Shown here piece by piece: positions 39,784-49,759 of a stretch of 64,000 nucleotides of DNA. The DNA is from Pseudomonadota bacterium (lineage in GTDB: Bacteria > Bdellovibrionota_C > UBA2361 > OMII01). The stretch spans positions 44,589 to 108,588 of the forward strand of contig JAIXQT010000075.1 in NCBI GenBank assembly GCA_027485595.1, given 5' to 3'. The stretch's first letter is position 1, and every line of letters begins with the position of its first letter. The notes under the pieces are model-generated. The model saw only the letters and a program-made list of their open reading frames with translations, ran no database searches and was not told the DNA's origin. Both the position numbers and the translations under genes were made by a program.

Positions 39784-42138
39784 ATGCGACAACGTTACTC
39801 ATCCGAAGTAGGAAGTTACGTTCTTGAGCTCGCTGGCGTTATTATGGGCGTCGCGGTGTTCATCGTCGGCGCCGCCGATATATCCCGCATCTTTCAGGCG
39901 CGAAGTGCGGTGCGGGCCGCGGTGAACGATGGGGCTCGGTGTCTCTTTCCAACCGACGCGGCGTGTGTCGAGCGCGGTGAGGGGGAACTTTCCGCTCCGA
40001 ATCGCACGTATGACGTGTGGGTGTGGGGCTCGGGATACGAGGTTCCTCAGGAGTCGTTCGTTGTGTCCGCTCGGTGGCAACAAGAGCCTGTCTATGAGGT
40101 AGCGGTCCTCCAAGACGAGATTACTGATGTGACAGTTCAGCAGCGCCAATTTCAGTATCGCCCGTACTCGATGGTGTATCCCACCGTCGCTCATACGACA
40201 TATCTGATGCAAACTCGATTTCTCCCCGTCATAGTTGGAGGCCGTCCCCTTGAACCACAATTCGCGGACCCTCTTACCACGAGGGTGTCACGTCCAACCG
40301 CGACCTACAGCATGGAACGAGTGAGTGGCTCCACGACCAGACGGGTAACGACCGCGCTCAAAACGCCCTACCATGACACCTTTAAAATTGGCTCCATCTC
40401 CTTTCCGGTGAGTGACGCGTGGCCAACGATGCGGGAGGACAAAGCTCGTATCGCTGAGATGCCTTCGAGTATCGCGAGTTCCTTACCCTGTTTATTTGGC
40501 GCCCGGCAGCCCGCGCCCTCTGGCGAGGTGCTCACATGGAGCGCGGGGACGCCGCAAGAGTGTCGCTATCGTGTCCGTTCATCTCGCTCCTCGCGGGTCA
40601 TGGAGCGTGGAAATCTCAAAGTTCCGATGATGTTTCGGATTGAGGGAGATTCGCGAGGCACTGTAGATGGAGCAGAGGGAAAGGTGATGGTAGCGCTGTC
40701 ATGGCAGAGCCCCTCGGCGGGCGCAGGCCAGGTGGAGCTTGGGGGGCGAAGACTTGGATATTTGGGCGGAGGCAACTTCGTGCCACGGGGACTCGCCGAG
40801 GTCGATATCAACGCCGCATTGCGTCCCAATTACAACGACTACTCGGAGGAGTTGAGACTCTACTCTGAGCTGCCGCTCCTACCGGTAGACGCTACGGCCA
40901 CGCTCGATTTTTACCTGGTCAGTTTCAACGAACGTCGGGTGGCATGGAACGGCGGTAAACTTGAGGTATGGCTTCCTCAATATCGCTTGGTTCACGAGAG
41001 TCACGACTGTGGGTACACCGCCAATCCAACGGAATGCCCTACGCCGCCAGCGCAGGCGCCAGTTCATTACATAACGTTGAGTGAGAGATCGCCGTTCTCA
41101 GCTGTGGTGGCGGGGCGAGAGAGCTGTTCGCTCGCCGAAGACGCCAACGCCGAGAGCGATCTCCCTGGCTTCATTGCGCGATTGCGTGAGGAGGCGCTGA
41201 GCACTGGTAGCGCGCGACCACGCTCATTTCACCTTAAGGTGCCGACAGCGCATGCAGTATGCCCGCCGATTGTCGCGACGAGAGCGTGCGCCGCGCCTCT
41301 ACCGGAATACTTTGAGGGATGCGGGGAGACGCTCTCCCGTGACGATATCGCCTCTCGGTGTGGTGTGCCGAGCGAGTCGAGTGAGGTCCTTGACTACACA
41401 AAGCGTCCGACCGCGAGGTCGGTCAAACGATTCAAGGGATGTTCCGATGAAACCTTACCACAGTGCGCCTTGAACCAAGCTCAAAAAGTCGAATCCGTGC
41501 TCTACGTGGGTGAGAGGAGGTGTGACGCGGCGACGACCTCAGATGCTCCGCAGATGATTATTGGCCCCCTCGACGCGACAACATGTCAGGAGCGGGAAGG
41601 GGAGGCGGCACGATTGTATCGATCGCGCGAGAAGATTCCACGTGATGTCCCGGTTTCTGTGATTCGGCTACCCTCGTCCTCTCGTTTTAGTTCGGCTCGT
41701 CCGCCAAACATCTGCGTGCCCTACCTTTCGGCTGAGGGCACCTCGCGCGAGATGCTGTGTGGGCGGGGTCTCAGCGAGGCCGCCGCCGAGCGGTGTTGCG
41801 CCGAGAGTGATGGGCGATGTCGCAAGCAGCTCGTTGTGGTTCCGAGTTATTCGTCTCGGGATGACGAATGGGTATCCGCTCTCTCTGCCGCCAAGCGGCG
41901 GGTTGTTCAAGCGGCGCAGGCGGGATATCCACCTGTTCGGTATCAAGAGATCTGCGGAGATTCCGAAGTCAATTGCTTGCAGGTTGGCGCTGACCTTGAT
42001 GCAGACACATCAAAAGCGATCGTTTCAGCCAAGGTCCATGTACCACTTATGCTGTTACGTTTTTTTCACAAGAGTTGGGTGACTGTGGAGTATTCCACGG
42101 AGCGGCTCTTGGAGCGCATAGCGCTCGAAAAGTCGTAA
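39784..42138 (+). CDS. Large Cys-rich hypothetical protein with TadE/TadG-like pseudopilin N-terminal segment
   Basis: The N-terminus SYVLELAGVIMGVAVFIVGAADISRIFQARSAVRAAVNDGARC has the TadE-like layout (a short polar lead, a TM helix, then an R/A-rich helix). The remaining ~730 aa has many Cys and no recognisable domain. Confidence 0.4.
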   Translation: MRQRYSSEVGSYVLELAGVIMGVAVFIVGAADISRIFQARSAVRAAVNDGARCLFPTDAACVERGEGELSAPNRTYDVWVWGSGYEVPQESFVVSARWQQEPVYEVAVLQDEITDVTVQQRQFQYRPYSMVYPTVAHTTYLMQTRFLPVIVGGRPLEPQFADPLTTRVSRPTATYSMERVSGSTTRRVTTALKTPYHDTFKIGSISFPVSDAWPTMREDKARIAEMPSSIASSLPCLFGARQPAPSGEVLTWSAGTPQECRYRVRSSRSSRVMERGNLKVPMMFRIEGDSRGTVDGAEGKVMVALSWQSPSAGAGQVELGGRRLGYLGGGNFVPRGLAEVDINAALRPNYNDYSEELRLYSELPLLPVDATATLDFYLVSFNERRVAWNGGKLEVWLPQYRLVHESHDCGYTANPTECPTPPAQAPVHYITLSERSPFSAVVAGRESCSLAEDANAESDLPGFIARLREEALSTGSARPRSFHLKVPTAHAVCPPIVATRACAAPLPEYFEGCGETLSRDDIASRCGVPSESSEVLDYTKRPTARSVKRFKGCSDETLPQCALNQAQKVESVLYVGERRCDAATTSDAPQMIIGPLDATTCQEREGEAARLYRSREKIPRDVPVSVIRLPSSSRFSSARPPNICVPYLSAEGTSREMLCGRGLSEAAAERCCAESDGRCRKQLVVVPSYSSRDDEWVSALSAAKRRVVQAAQAGYPPVRYQEICGDSEVNCLQVGADLDADTSKAIVSAKVHVPLMLLRFFHKSWVTVEYSTERLLERIALEKS

Positions 42139-42168
42139 CAGCCCTAGGTGCTTCACGCTCTGCGCTGC

Positions 42169-42747
42169 TTAAGAAACGCCGCAAACGTCCCGAATCTCCG
42201 CGATCTTACGATCGATGTCGGCGTTGTACTGTCCAGCGCTCACCCGAACATTCTCGGCGTAATTTCCCTTGAGCAGTCCAACTACGGCTGATACCGGGAA
42301 TACAGAAGAGACCCCAGCTACAAGCTGTTTCCCTACACCCGCCTTCTCACTTGTGAGGGTCGCGATATCCTGCTTCGCCGTCGCGCAATTAATCCCCTTC
42401 TTGAGCGCCGCGTCGCCACCCTTGGGGGCGTGACTTTCTCCTACCAGACCGGAGGCGTCGTGATAGAGCCGGTCGGCCGATTCACCCACGGGGTCCGTCA
42501 CTGGCGCGATCGCGTCGCCGACCGGTTGCAGGACATCTCCAACTTTATCAGTCACGGGAGCTACGTCGTGGCCGATGTGTCGACCTGCTTTTTCCACAGC
42601 ATCTTTTCCGGCGGTCGCCGCGTTTTGGATGTCATCGCCGATCTCTGAAAGGTCCTCACCGAATTGAGCGTGGGCCGTTCGGGAGACAACGCAGGTACCG
42701 AGCGTGAAGAGTGCTAGAACGGAATAACAAGCGATTTTTCTAAACAT
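42169..42747 (-). CDS. Secreted hypothetical protein with short (A/V)PVTD-containing repeats
   Basis: Signal peptide MFRKIACYSVLALFTLGTCVVSRTAHA, then repeats DVAPVTDKVGDVLQPVGDAIAPVTDPVGESA. The ATG at 42747 was verified by hand. Confidence 0.45.
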   Translation of the reverse strand: MFRKIACYSVLALFTLGTCVVSRTAHAQFGEDLSEIGDDIQNAATAGKDAVEKAGRHIGHDVAPVTDKVGDVLQPVGDAIAPVTDPVGESADRLYHDASGLVGESHAPKGGDAALKKGINCATAKQDIATLTSEKAGVGKQLVAGVSSVFPVSAVVGLLKGNYAENVRVSAGQYNADIDRKIAEIRDVCGVS

Positions 42748-42915
42748 TGTATCCTTGATGTGGCGATTTACCCGCCGTATGACTGAAAGGTGACACAGAA
42801 ACAGCGGACCGTCACCCAAAGATTTACGCCCACTATGTGCTGGTTTGTGGGGATCTCTTATGGACTGTGACTTTTTCGTTGCGGTGTGATGGTAGGGTGA
42901 CTGATACTTTGAATC

Positions 42916-43419
42916 ATGCGCAACCGCCAAACTTTCTTCGCTTCCCTTTGTGCTTCGCTTTGTATCGCGCTCGGTACGTTGAGCATGTCGATGTACCCCG
43001 CTTACGCAGACTTCGGCGCGGATTCCGGAAAGGCTGAGGTGCCCGTCGCAATGGCACAGGAGTACGGAGCTTTCGCGGATAAGGCGGTGGAGGCCCTTGT
43101 GAAGGGCGACGGTAAGGCTTTTCGCGCGATGTTGAGTCCTGGCACGGAGAAGATGGAACAGCGAGGAAAGGGGGCCATCGACATGATCATCTACGAACGG
43201 TTCATTCCGTTTTTCGATGGTTTTGTTAAGCCACATCTCGTCGATCAACCATTTCCGACCTACCGCCGGATAGATGGCGTGAAGGGAGTGGGCTTCGCGC
43301 GCTCCTTCTTCCTATCGGATGGCAGCGAGCGATTCTACGTCATCTTCATTCTCAAAGAGGATGACCGACTCACGGTTGGCAATCTCTTACTCGACAAGAA
43401 GCTCGACGACGTTCGTTAA
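42916..43419 (+). CDS. Secreted hypothetical protein
   Basis: Signal peptide (FFASLCASLCIALGTLSMSMYPAYA). It is transcribed divergently from the previous secreted protein. Confidence 0.45.
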   Translation: MRNRQTFFASLCASLCIALGTLSMSMYPAYADFGADSGKAEVPVAMAQEYGAFADKAVEALVKGDGKAFRAMLSPGTEKMEQRGKGAIDMIIYERFIPFFDGFVKPHLVDQPFPTYRRIDGVKGVGFARSFFLSDGSERFYVIFILKEDDRLTVGNLLLDKKLDDVR

Positions 43420-44702
43420 GATATCGTCTGCAAGATGTTCTGCACCGTCTCCTCGGCGGCGTGAAACACCTGCTCGGCGGGAACGTGGCTGATACGCGAC
43501 GCGATTGTTTCTGCTTCTACTTTTCGACCCGAGTTGAGCAGGTTCCGAATCGCCGAGAGAACAACTATCTCCTGCTGAGGCATCGTGGTCGCGAAGTGCG
43601 CAATAAGATCTGTTCCGAGATTGGTTTGAGTCATCTCGTTGTAGGCGTAGCACGCTTTAATCAAGTACCCGGCTTGTGAATTAGTGAGCTCCTCTCCGGC
43701 GGAGAGTCCGTGCTGAGCCGCGACTATAGATGCGGTCAATGGGATCGGCATATGTCGACCGGTTGATCTCACGTACATCAGACTCGTGATGACATGATTA
43801 ACCATGGCGCGGAAATGTCGATCCTTAGCGGGGGTTCTTTTCGTTATGGTGGAGAGGAGTTCATGCACCGTCTGGGCCCGATGTTTGGGGAGGTGTTTCT
43901 TCAGGATCTCCTCGCGCCCGGCGCGAGCGATCTGTCGCAGCTGCTCCGGGCGTTGAAGGAGCTGGGATACTCGTTCAGTGGCCTCGTCCACGCTGTCAGG
44001 GCTGTAGGTGACGATATGCTCCCCCTCGCGGAATAAATCAAAGAGTCCGTTGGGCGTTCGCTCCGTCAGAACAAGAGATCCGCACATCAGCGCCTCGAAT
44101 ACGCGAAAATTGAGGTCTCCCATCACTGTTTGATTCACCACGATCTCAGAGAAGGGAAAGACCTCCCAGTAATTGCCGTGGGTAATGTGGATCGGTACGC
44201 GATGTTTAAGTTCCTCGAAAAATTTGACCCGCCGCGGATTGAGCTTTGCGTTGAGGTTGCCGACGAATGATACCGGCCACCTCTTGTCCTCACTCGGTTC
44301 GACGAACCGAGGGGCCCACAGTGGGAGCCACGAAGCGGGTGTTCCGCAATCCTTGAACTTCTCGACGTAGTCCTTTTGCGCCACCAGAACGTGGTCGAAG
44401 ATCTCGGCCATGAACGTATGCATCGGGTGGTGGTGAAACGTATCTACCGAATAGAGCACAACTGGAATGGTGGTAGACTCAAGCCCTGTCATGAGAATGG
44501 TGGGCATGCTGTTGTCGTGCCACAGGATCCTATCGGGTAGAAATCCGTTGAGGCTCGCGAGTACGCTGTCGAGGTGGTTTGTACCGCAAGGGATTCGATA
44601 ATCCAGGTGCGCCTCTGAGCCACAGGTAATAACCTCATGGCCCAACTCCCGCAGTTCAGGTGCAAACCAATCTTGGTTAAAAATGAGAACCTTCACACGC
44701 AC
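43416..44702 (-). CDS. CgeB-like / group-1-type glycosyltransferase family protein
   Basis: A C-terminal GT-B-type motif (RVFEALMCGSLVLTE) and an overall resemblance to the CgeB/DUF3880 family. Pattern-based. Confidence 0.45.
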   Translation of the reverse strand: MRVKVLIFNQDWFAPELRELGHEVITCGSEAHLDYRIPCGTNHLDSVLASLNGFLPDRILWHDNSMPTILMTGLESTTIPVVLYSVDTFHHHPMHTFMAEIFDHVLVAQKDYVEKFKDCGTPASWLPLWAPRFVEPSEDKRWPVSFVGNLNAKLNPRRVKFFEELKHRVPIHITHGNYWEVFPFSEIVVNQTVMGDLNFRVFEALMCGSLVLTERTPNGLFDLFREGEHIVTYSPDSVDEATERVSQLLQRPEQLRQIARAGREEILKKHLPKHRAQTVHELLSTITKRTPAKDRHFRAMVNHVITSLMYVRSTGRHMPIPLTASIVAAQHGLSAGEELTNSQAGYLIKACYAYNEMTQTNLGTDLIAHFATTMPQQEIVVLSAIRNLLNSGRKVEAETIASRISHVPAEQVFHAAEETVQNILQTIS

Positions 44703-44847
44703 TCCCGCTCATGATGTCATGTCGCAGAGGGCGCGACATAAGCATCTTTAAGATGCGGTGAGATGAACAAGGGGCTCACCTAGTTCCCTCTGGAACGGTC
44801 CTGTAACCTATTGAACGCGTACGGTTTTGGAGCCCGCCGGGCACGGC

Positions 44848-45741
44848 CTACGCTGAGAGCGCAGCCTTTCGCTCGAGCGCCTCTTCATAGATACGAGCTG
44901 GTGGCTCCCGAAGGTCCCACACGAGTCCGAACCAGGAAAGCACTTTGAGTGTGTAGTGCGAGATGTCGACCTCCCACCAGTAGAACCCCTGACGCTCAGA
45001 GCCAGGGTAGCGGTGGTGGTTGTTATGCCATCCTTCACCTAGGGTGATGATAGCGAGTAGGAAGCTGTTCTTGCTGTCGTCGCCCGTCTTGAAGCGAGCT
45101 TTTCCAAGCACGTGAGCGAGCGAGTTAATGCAGAAGGTTCCGTGGTAGAGGAGCGTTGTGCTGATGCAGAATCCCCAGGTGAACATCTGAAGAGGACCGG
45201 TTCCAAGCTCAGGGTAGTACGCCTGAAGGAAGTAGCCGAGCCCAGTAACACCAAGGCCAAGAAGAACAGGTGGCACGATGTGGTGCCGCTCAAGGAGACA
45301 AAGCTCTGGGAACTTAACGAGATCCTTTACGAGCTCCCAACGGGTCTCAACGAACTGCGTGCTCAAAACCCATCCAACATGCGCCCACCACATGCCGTAG
45401 ATGCGTGGTGGATGAACGTCTTCCTCGGTGTCAGAGAACTGATGGTGATGGCGGTGGTGCGATGCCCACCAGATAGGCCCCTTTTGAGCGGAGGTAGCAC
45501 CAATGAACGCGAGTACGAATTGGAACCATCGACTCGTCTTGTAGCTTCGGTGAGAGAAGTAGCGGTGGTACACGCCGGTGATGCCGAACATCCGGATCGC
45601 GTAGAGAGCCATACATACCGCGAAAGCTACCCAGCTAAAGCCTGCCCAAATTACCAAGAGGCATCCAAGATGAATCGCCCAGAAGGCCGCTTGCTTGATC
45701 AGATTAACGGGATGGAGAGGATTGCCGCTGGTGTTATTCAT
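44848..45741 (-). CDS. Acyl-CoA (delta-9-type) fatty acid desaturase
   Basis: Three His boxes: HRYFSHRSY, WASHHRHHHQFSDTEEDVHPP and WHNNHHRYP. Four TM segments. Confidence 0.85.
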   Translation of the reverse strand: MNNTSGNPLHPVNLIKQAAFWAIHLGCLLVIWAGFSWVAFAVCMALYAIRMFGITGVYHRYFSHRSYKTSRWFQFVLAFIGATSAQKGPIWWASHHRHHHQFSDTEEDVHPPRIYGMWWAHVGWVLSTQFVETRWELVKDLVKFPELCLLERHHIVPPVLLGLGVTGLGYFLQAYYPELGTGPLQMFTWGFCISTTLLYHGTFCINSLAHVLGKARFKTGDDSKNSFLLAIITLGEGWHNNHHRYPGSERQGFYWWEVDISHYTLKVLSWFGLVWDLREPPARIYEEALERKAALSA

Positions 45742-45853
45742 GTTCTCGAGATCTCTCCAGGGGCGAGGTAATTCTCGCGAGCCAAGATGACCCCGATAGT
45801 AAATGAATTACCCCCGTAAGCAAAGACTGCGCGGACCGCTTGCGGTCTCTTTT

Positions 45854-46333
45854 CTACGAACACTTACGACAGAGTCCGAAGAACTCAAGTACATGAGATT
45901 GCACGGTAAAATTGTGCGTTTGTTGAATCTTTCCCTCAAGGGCGTGAAGGTCGTGGTGGGGCACCTCAACGCACTGGATATCCTTACACGAGGTGCACAC
46001 GAGGTGGTGGTGATGGTGGTCAGGGTGAAGCAGTTCGTACCGCTTCATGCCATCAAGGATATCGATCTCCGAGAGGATCTTGTTATCAGCGAGGAAGTCG
46101 AGCTCTCGATAGATCGTTGTCTTGTTGACCGAGGGGTGTTTGTAAGCAACCTGCTCCAAAAGCTCCGGGGCTGAGATCGGCTGGCTGGCTACTACCAACG
46201 CCTCGATCATCGCCTGTCGAATCTTTGTGATGCGAAAGCCCTTGGTTCTTAAGGCGTCGATAAGCTGCTCTGCGGAGGAGTTCTCCGGGGTCTCGTCGGG
46301 CAGCACGGTGAGGGTTTTCGACGGCGTCTTCAT
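45854..46333 (-). CDS. Fur-family metalloregulator (Fur/Zur/Nur-like)
   Basis: A winged-helix N-domain and a C-terminal metal-site cluster (HPDHHHHHLVCTSCKDIQC ... HVLEFFGLCRKC). Confidence 0.8.
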   Translation of the reverse strand: MKTPSKTLTVLPDETPENSSAEQLIDALRTKGFRITKIRQAMIEALVVASQPISAPELLEQVAYKHPSVNKTTIYRELDFLADNKILSEIDILDGMKRYELLHPDHHHHHLVCTSCKDIQCVEVPHHDLHALEGKIQQTHNFTVQSHVLEFFGLCRKCS

Positions 46334-46341
46334 CCTACGCG

Positions 46342-47088
46342 CTAGCTCTTCGATAACCTTGAGGGGATCTGAATAAGAGGTTGCTGAGGACCCGTTTTGT
46401 TGTGCATCCAGTACCCAAGTCCGACGCTCATCGCTATCGCGCAGAGGACGAACGCCACGACCCCAGCGGCTGGCAACTCAACCGCATGCTCTACCACATG
46501 AAATAGAGCGTAGCTCGCTATTCCAGTAAGTCCCGCGGTTACCACGCCAGGAAGGGAATCGAGAACCTTCATGATAGTTGAACGGCGAGTCTCTCCAACC
46601 AGAACGACGAAGGATATCAGTAATCCGATCACAACAGAGGCTCCAAGGAGCATGATTATCAGTGGCTTCTGTTCCGTTACGCCACTCATGTGACTCAAGA
46701 TAGGCCCAGCCGCGAGCGCGTGAATGGAGAGCGCTCCGGCGGTAGAGATGATCTGAAGCGAGCTAATTGGCGCGACCTCATGGTGTTCGCAGCTACAATC
46801 ACCGTGAGAGCCGTGATGTAACCGGTGATGCATGAAGTGCTTGAGAAGGATCAACGTTCCAACAAACACGATAATGCCGCCAAGTGTTTCAGAGTAGTGC
46901 GCTGCCTCGGCGGCAAGCAAAGTTCCAGCGACAGCATACAGGGCGTGAAAGAACGCGAAAGCCGCACCACACACCCAGGGATTTCCGCCCGTTGTCGCGA
47001 CAAGCGCGATGGCGATAAGGATGCAGCCGTCCCCCGCGAGAACGAGGGGATAGAGCAAGATAAATGAGAGGAGCGACAGGGAAGACAT
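46342..47088 (-). CDS. Polytopic membrane protein with His-rich cytoplasmic loop, putative divalent-metal transporter (ZIP- or RcnA-like)
   Basis: ~7-8 TM helices, a His-rich loop HFMHHRLHHGSHGDCSCEHHE, and His/Glu in TM segments (FFHALYAVAG, FHVVEHAVEL). It is in an operon immediately upstream of the fur-family gene. Confidence 0.45.
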   Translation of the reverse strand: MSSLSLLSFILLYPLVLAGDGCILIAIALVATTGGNPWVCGAAFAFFHALYAVAGTLLAAEAAHYSETLGGIIVFVGTLILLKHFMHHRLHHGSHGDCSCEHHEVAPISSLQIISTAGALSIHALAAGPILSHMSGVTEQKPLIIMLLGASVVIGLLISFVVLVGETRRSTIMKVLDSLPGVVTAGLTGIASYALFHVVEHAVELPAAGVVAFVLCAIAMSVGLGYWMHNKTGPQQPLIQIPSRLSKS

Positions 47089-47399
47089 GCCCCTAGTGTA
47101 TGCGGGAGCGGGGGCCTTTTGCAAATGAGTCGCAAGTAGGCCAGCGGCTAGGCGGCGTTTATGGGAGTGTCTGAGCTGACCGGATATAATAGTTAGGTAA
47201 AGCAGGTGTTTAGCTAGCTTGGGGGTGGTGGGACGGACAAGCAGCCTTAGTCTGTTTTGACGGACACGGGGATGCCTCACTGTGCCGGGCCACACCGCCG
47301 GGTCTCCGTGCCCCTTGGTGATTGTTACCGTTCAACGGGATGTCACCATACCTACTAAGGTAAGTGTTACATGAGGGGATGACCCCCAAGGATTGAGGT

Positions 47400-47966
47400 A
47401 TGCAACACATTCAGCCTGCCCAGGCACTCCCGGCTAATAGCGGTTCAGCAGCAGAGCATCGAGCGACTACCGATTTTTTCGAGAGAGCTCGACGCGTTGT
47501 CACATCCTTAAAGGAAGGGAAGGTCATATACGCCAAAGAAGGTTCCAGAGGAGGTTGCCAGGTGCTCGCGTTCGCGGAGCACGGTTTGGTGGTTAAGCTC
47601 GTGAACGAGGCGGAACTGAAGAGAACTGAGAATGCGTTCTCAGTTCTCTCCGACGCGGGCTACTCGCCCCCTCGCGCACTCTTTCTTGGAGCAACCTCGG
47701 AACATGTCGCGCTTCTGGTGATGGAGCAGATACCACGGGAGCAGATAGCCGGGGCTCGAAGACTGTACTTTGCGGAGCCGCACGGCCAGCGGATGAAGGA
47801 ACTCGTGCGGGAGGGGAGACAAATAGTTGAAGATGCTGGGCTCCGCAGTGACGAATGGATCCCTGATCATGGATCGAACATGGCGATAACGCCGGACGCG
47901 GAGCAAGCGGCCGTTCGGGGGCAGCTTACGAGGAGTCACCTGATTCCCTTTGATCCTGTGTTCTAG
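47400..47966 (+). CDS. Hypothetical protein (weak kinase-like N-lobe features)
   Basis: No firm motif. The segments VKLVNEAELKR...LLVMEQIP and DHGSNM are faintly reminiscent of the APH/kinase fold. Confidence 0.3.
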   Translation: MQHIQPAQALPANSGSAAEHRATTDFFERARRVVTSLKEGKVIYAKEGSRGGCQVLAFAEHGLVVKLVNEAELKRTENAFSVLSDAGYSPPRALFLGATSEHVALLVMEQIPREQIAGARRLYFAEPHGQRMKELVREGRQIVEDAGLRSDEWIPDHGSNMAITPDAEQAAVRGQLTRSHLIPFDPVF

Positions 47967-48184
47967 AGTCCTTGCGCTCTTGCGCCTTCTCTCAGCGACC
48001 GCGCGCGATGGGGAAGAGCATTTCGCCTCTGGTAATGGCCTAGTCACATGGTACACCCTACCTTGTCGAAGACGGCGGGCCACAGCAGGGTGGCAATGGA
48101 ATTCGGCAAGAGCATCAGCCTCCCGGAGGTGTCTCGTAGTTCAAAAGGTAGGGTGTTCCAGTAGGAGCCAAATCGGGCCGGGGG

Positions 48185-49738
48185 TTACCCGATTGCCTGA
48201 GCTGACTGGCCAGATTGCTTGGCCAAATCCACCACCTCCTTGAGCATCTCAAGCTTGGTGATGATCCGAGGTACCTTGTTCTGTCCCCCTAATTTGCCCC
48301 GTCGACGCATCCATTCGGCGAAGAAGCCGGGGGCTACGGGAAGGATCTCGGGAGCCTTGAGTCCGAAGCCCTCTGAGCGATGAGCCTCATAGTCCTCGTT
48401 TCGTTTGCAGAGCCGCGCGTCGAGTGTCTGTTGGAAGCGCGCTAACGTTTCGCCTGAAGGAAGCGAGTTCGCGAACTCGACAACGTAAATGTGTCCACCA
48501 AGCTCGCCTGAGCGTTCCGGAAATACCGGTCCAACAGTAAAGTCAGATACCTCGGTACCTGTTTCATGCGCGGCGGTCGCGATTCCATCCTCTATCTCCT
48601 CAGCGATGAGATGCTCTCCGAACGCGGAGAGGTAGTACGAGGTACGACCGGTCACGAGAACGCGCGGTGTCTTCGTATCGACGAAGCGAACGGTGTCGCC
48701 GATCACATACGACCAGAGTCCGGCGCACGTCGTAAGGATGATCGCGTAGTTCACATCCTGCTGAACGTTGCCGATCCAGTGACGAGTTGGTTGCGCGCTC
48801 TCAAGCTCCTCAAGGGGAACGAACTCAAAGAAGATCCCGTGATCGAGGTTCATGCGGAGTCCATCGCCGTACCCACGATCCCCGACCGCGATGAAGCCTT
48901 CGCTCGCGGGATACACCTCGCGAAGCTCTGCGTGGCTGTGAGCGAGAAGCTCTCGGAATCGATCAACATACGGAGCGAAATTGACGCCACCGTGCACTAC
49001 CATTTCGAGGTTCTCGTAGATGCGACCGATCTTGCCCTGCGCCTCTGGTCGAAGCGAATTAAGCTTGTCGAAGAAGATCAGCATCCACGCTGGAACGCCC
49101 GAGATCATACGAATATCCTCGGAGAGTGAGAGGCTCGCTAAGGTGTCGATCTTCTCCTCCCAGTTCTTGAGGAGCGCTAGATCCGCCGGTGGGAAATATC
49201 GCATCTTCGCCCACCACGGCAGCTCTTTGACCGAGATGCCACTCAGGTCGCCGAAGTAGATTCCAGGAGCTGCGTTTGTGAGGTCCGTGCTGCCGCCGAG
49301 CATGAAGCTCTTACCACCCATCAAACGAGAGTGCGGACGATTCGTGACATGATGAATGAGAAGATCTGTTCCCGCCTTCGTGTTCGACTTCAACATCTCA
49401 CGGGAGTAGGGGATGTACTTCGTTGTGCCCGAAGAGGTACCGGAGCTCACCGGGAAGTAGGGGATCGTTCCGGGCCATGTGCAGTCGGTAAGAACTGGGA
49501 AGCTCTCCTGCCAAAAGTCTCGCCAGAAGTCCTCATACTTTCGAAGTGGAACCTGTCGCTGATAGTCCTCGATTGAGTTGATAGAGGAGAATCCATGCAT
49601 CTTTCCGAACTTCGTCGACGCCGCGTGGCGAACGAGCCCTAAAAGTTGCTTCCTTTGAGTTTCAGTGGGGTTAAGGGTGTTGAGTTGTTGGTTACGCCAA
49701 CGGGCGTACAGCCGTAGGAAAGGGGTTGCGTCAAACAT
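48185..49738 (-). CDS. GH3-family acyl-acid amido synthetase (adenylate-forming enzyme superfamily)
   Basis: GH3 signatures: the SSGTSSGTTKYIPYS AMP-binding motif, the YASSE-like YPASEGF, and overall length and order. Confidence 0.7.
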   Translation of the reverse strand: MFDATPFLRLYARWRNQQLNTLNPTETQRKQLLGLVRHAASTKFGKMHGFSSINSIEDYQRQVPLRKYEDFWRDFWQESFPVLTDCTWPGTIPYFPVSSGTSSGTTKYIPYSREMLKSNTKAGTDLLIHHVTNRPHSRLMGGKSFMLGGSTDLTNAAPGIYFGDLSGISVKELPWWAKMRYFPPADLALLKNWEEKIDTLASLSLSEDIRMISGVPAWMLIFFDKLNSLRPEAQGKIGRIYENLEMVVHGGVNFAPYVDRFRELLAHSHAELREVYPASEGFIAVGDRGYGDGLRMNLDHGIFFEFVPLEELESAQPTRHWIGNVQQDVNYAIILTTCAGLWSYVIGDTVRFVDTKTPRVLVTGRTSYYLSAFGEHLIAEEIEDGIATAAHETGTEVSDFTVGPVFPERSGELGGHIYVVEFANSLPSGETLARFQQTLDARLCKRNEDYEAHRSEGFGLKAPEILPVAPGFFAEWMRRRGKLGGQNKVPRIITKLEMLKEVVDLAKQSGQSAQAIG

Positions 49739-49759
49739 GGACCGTCCGAGGTGAGACCT

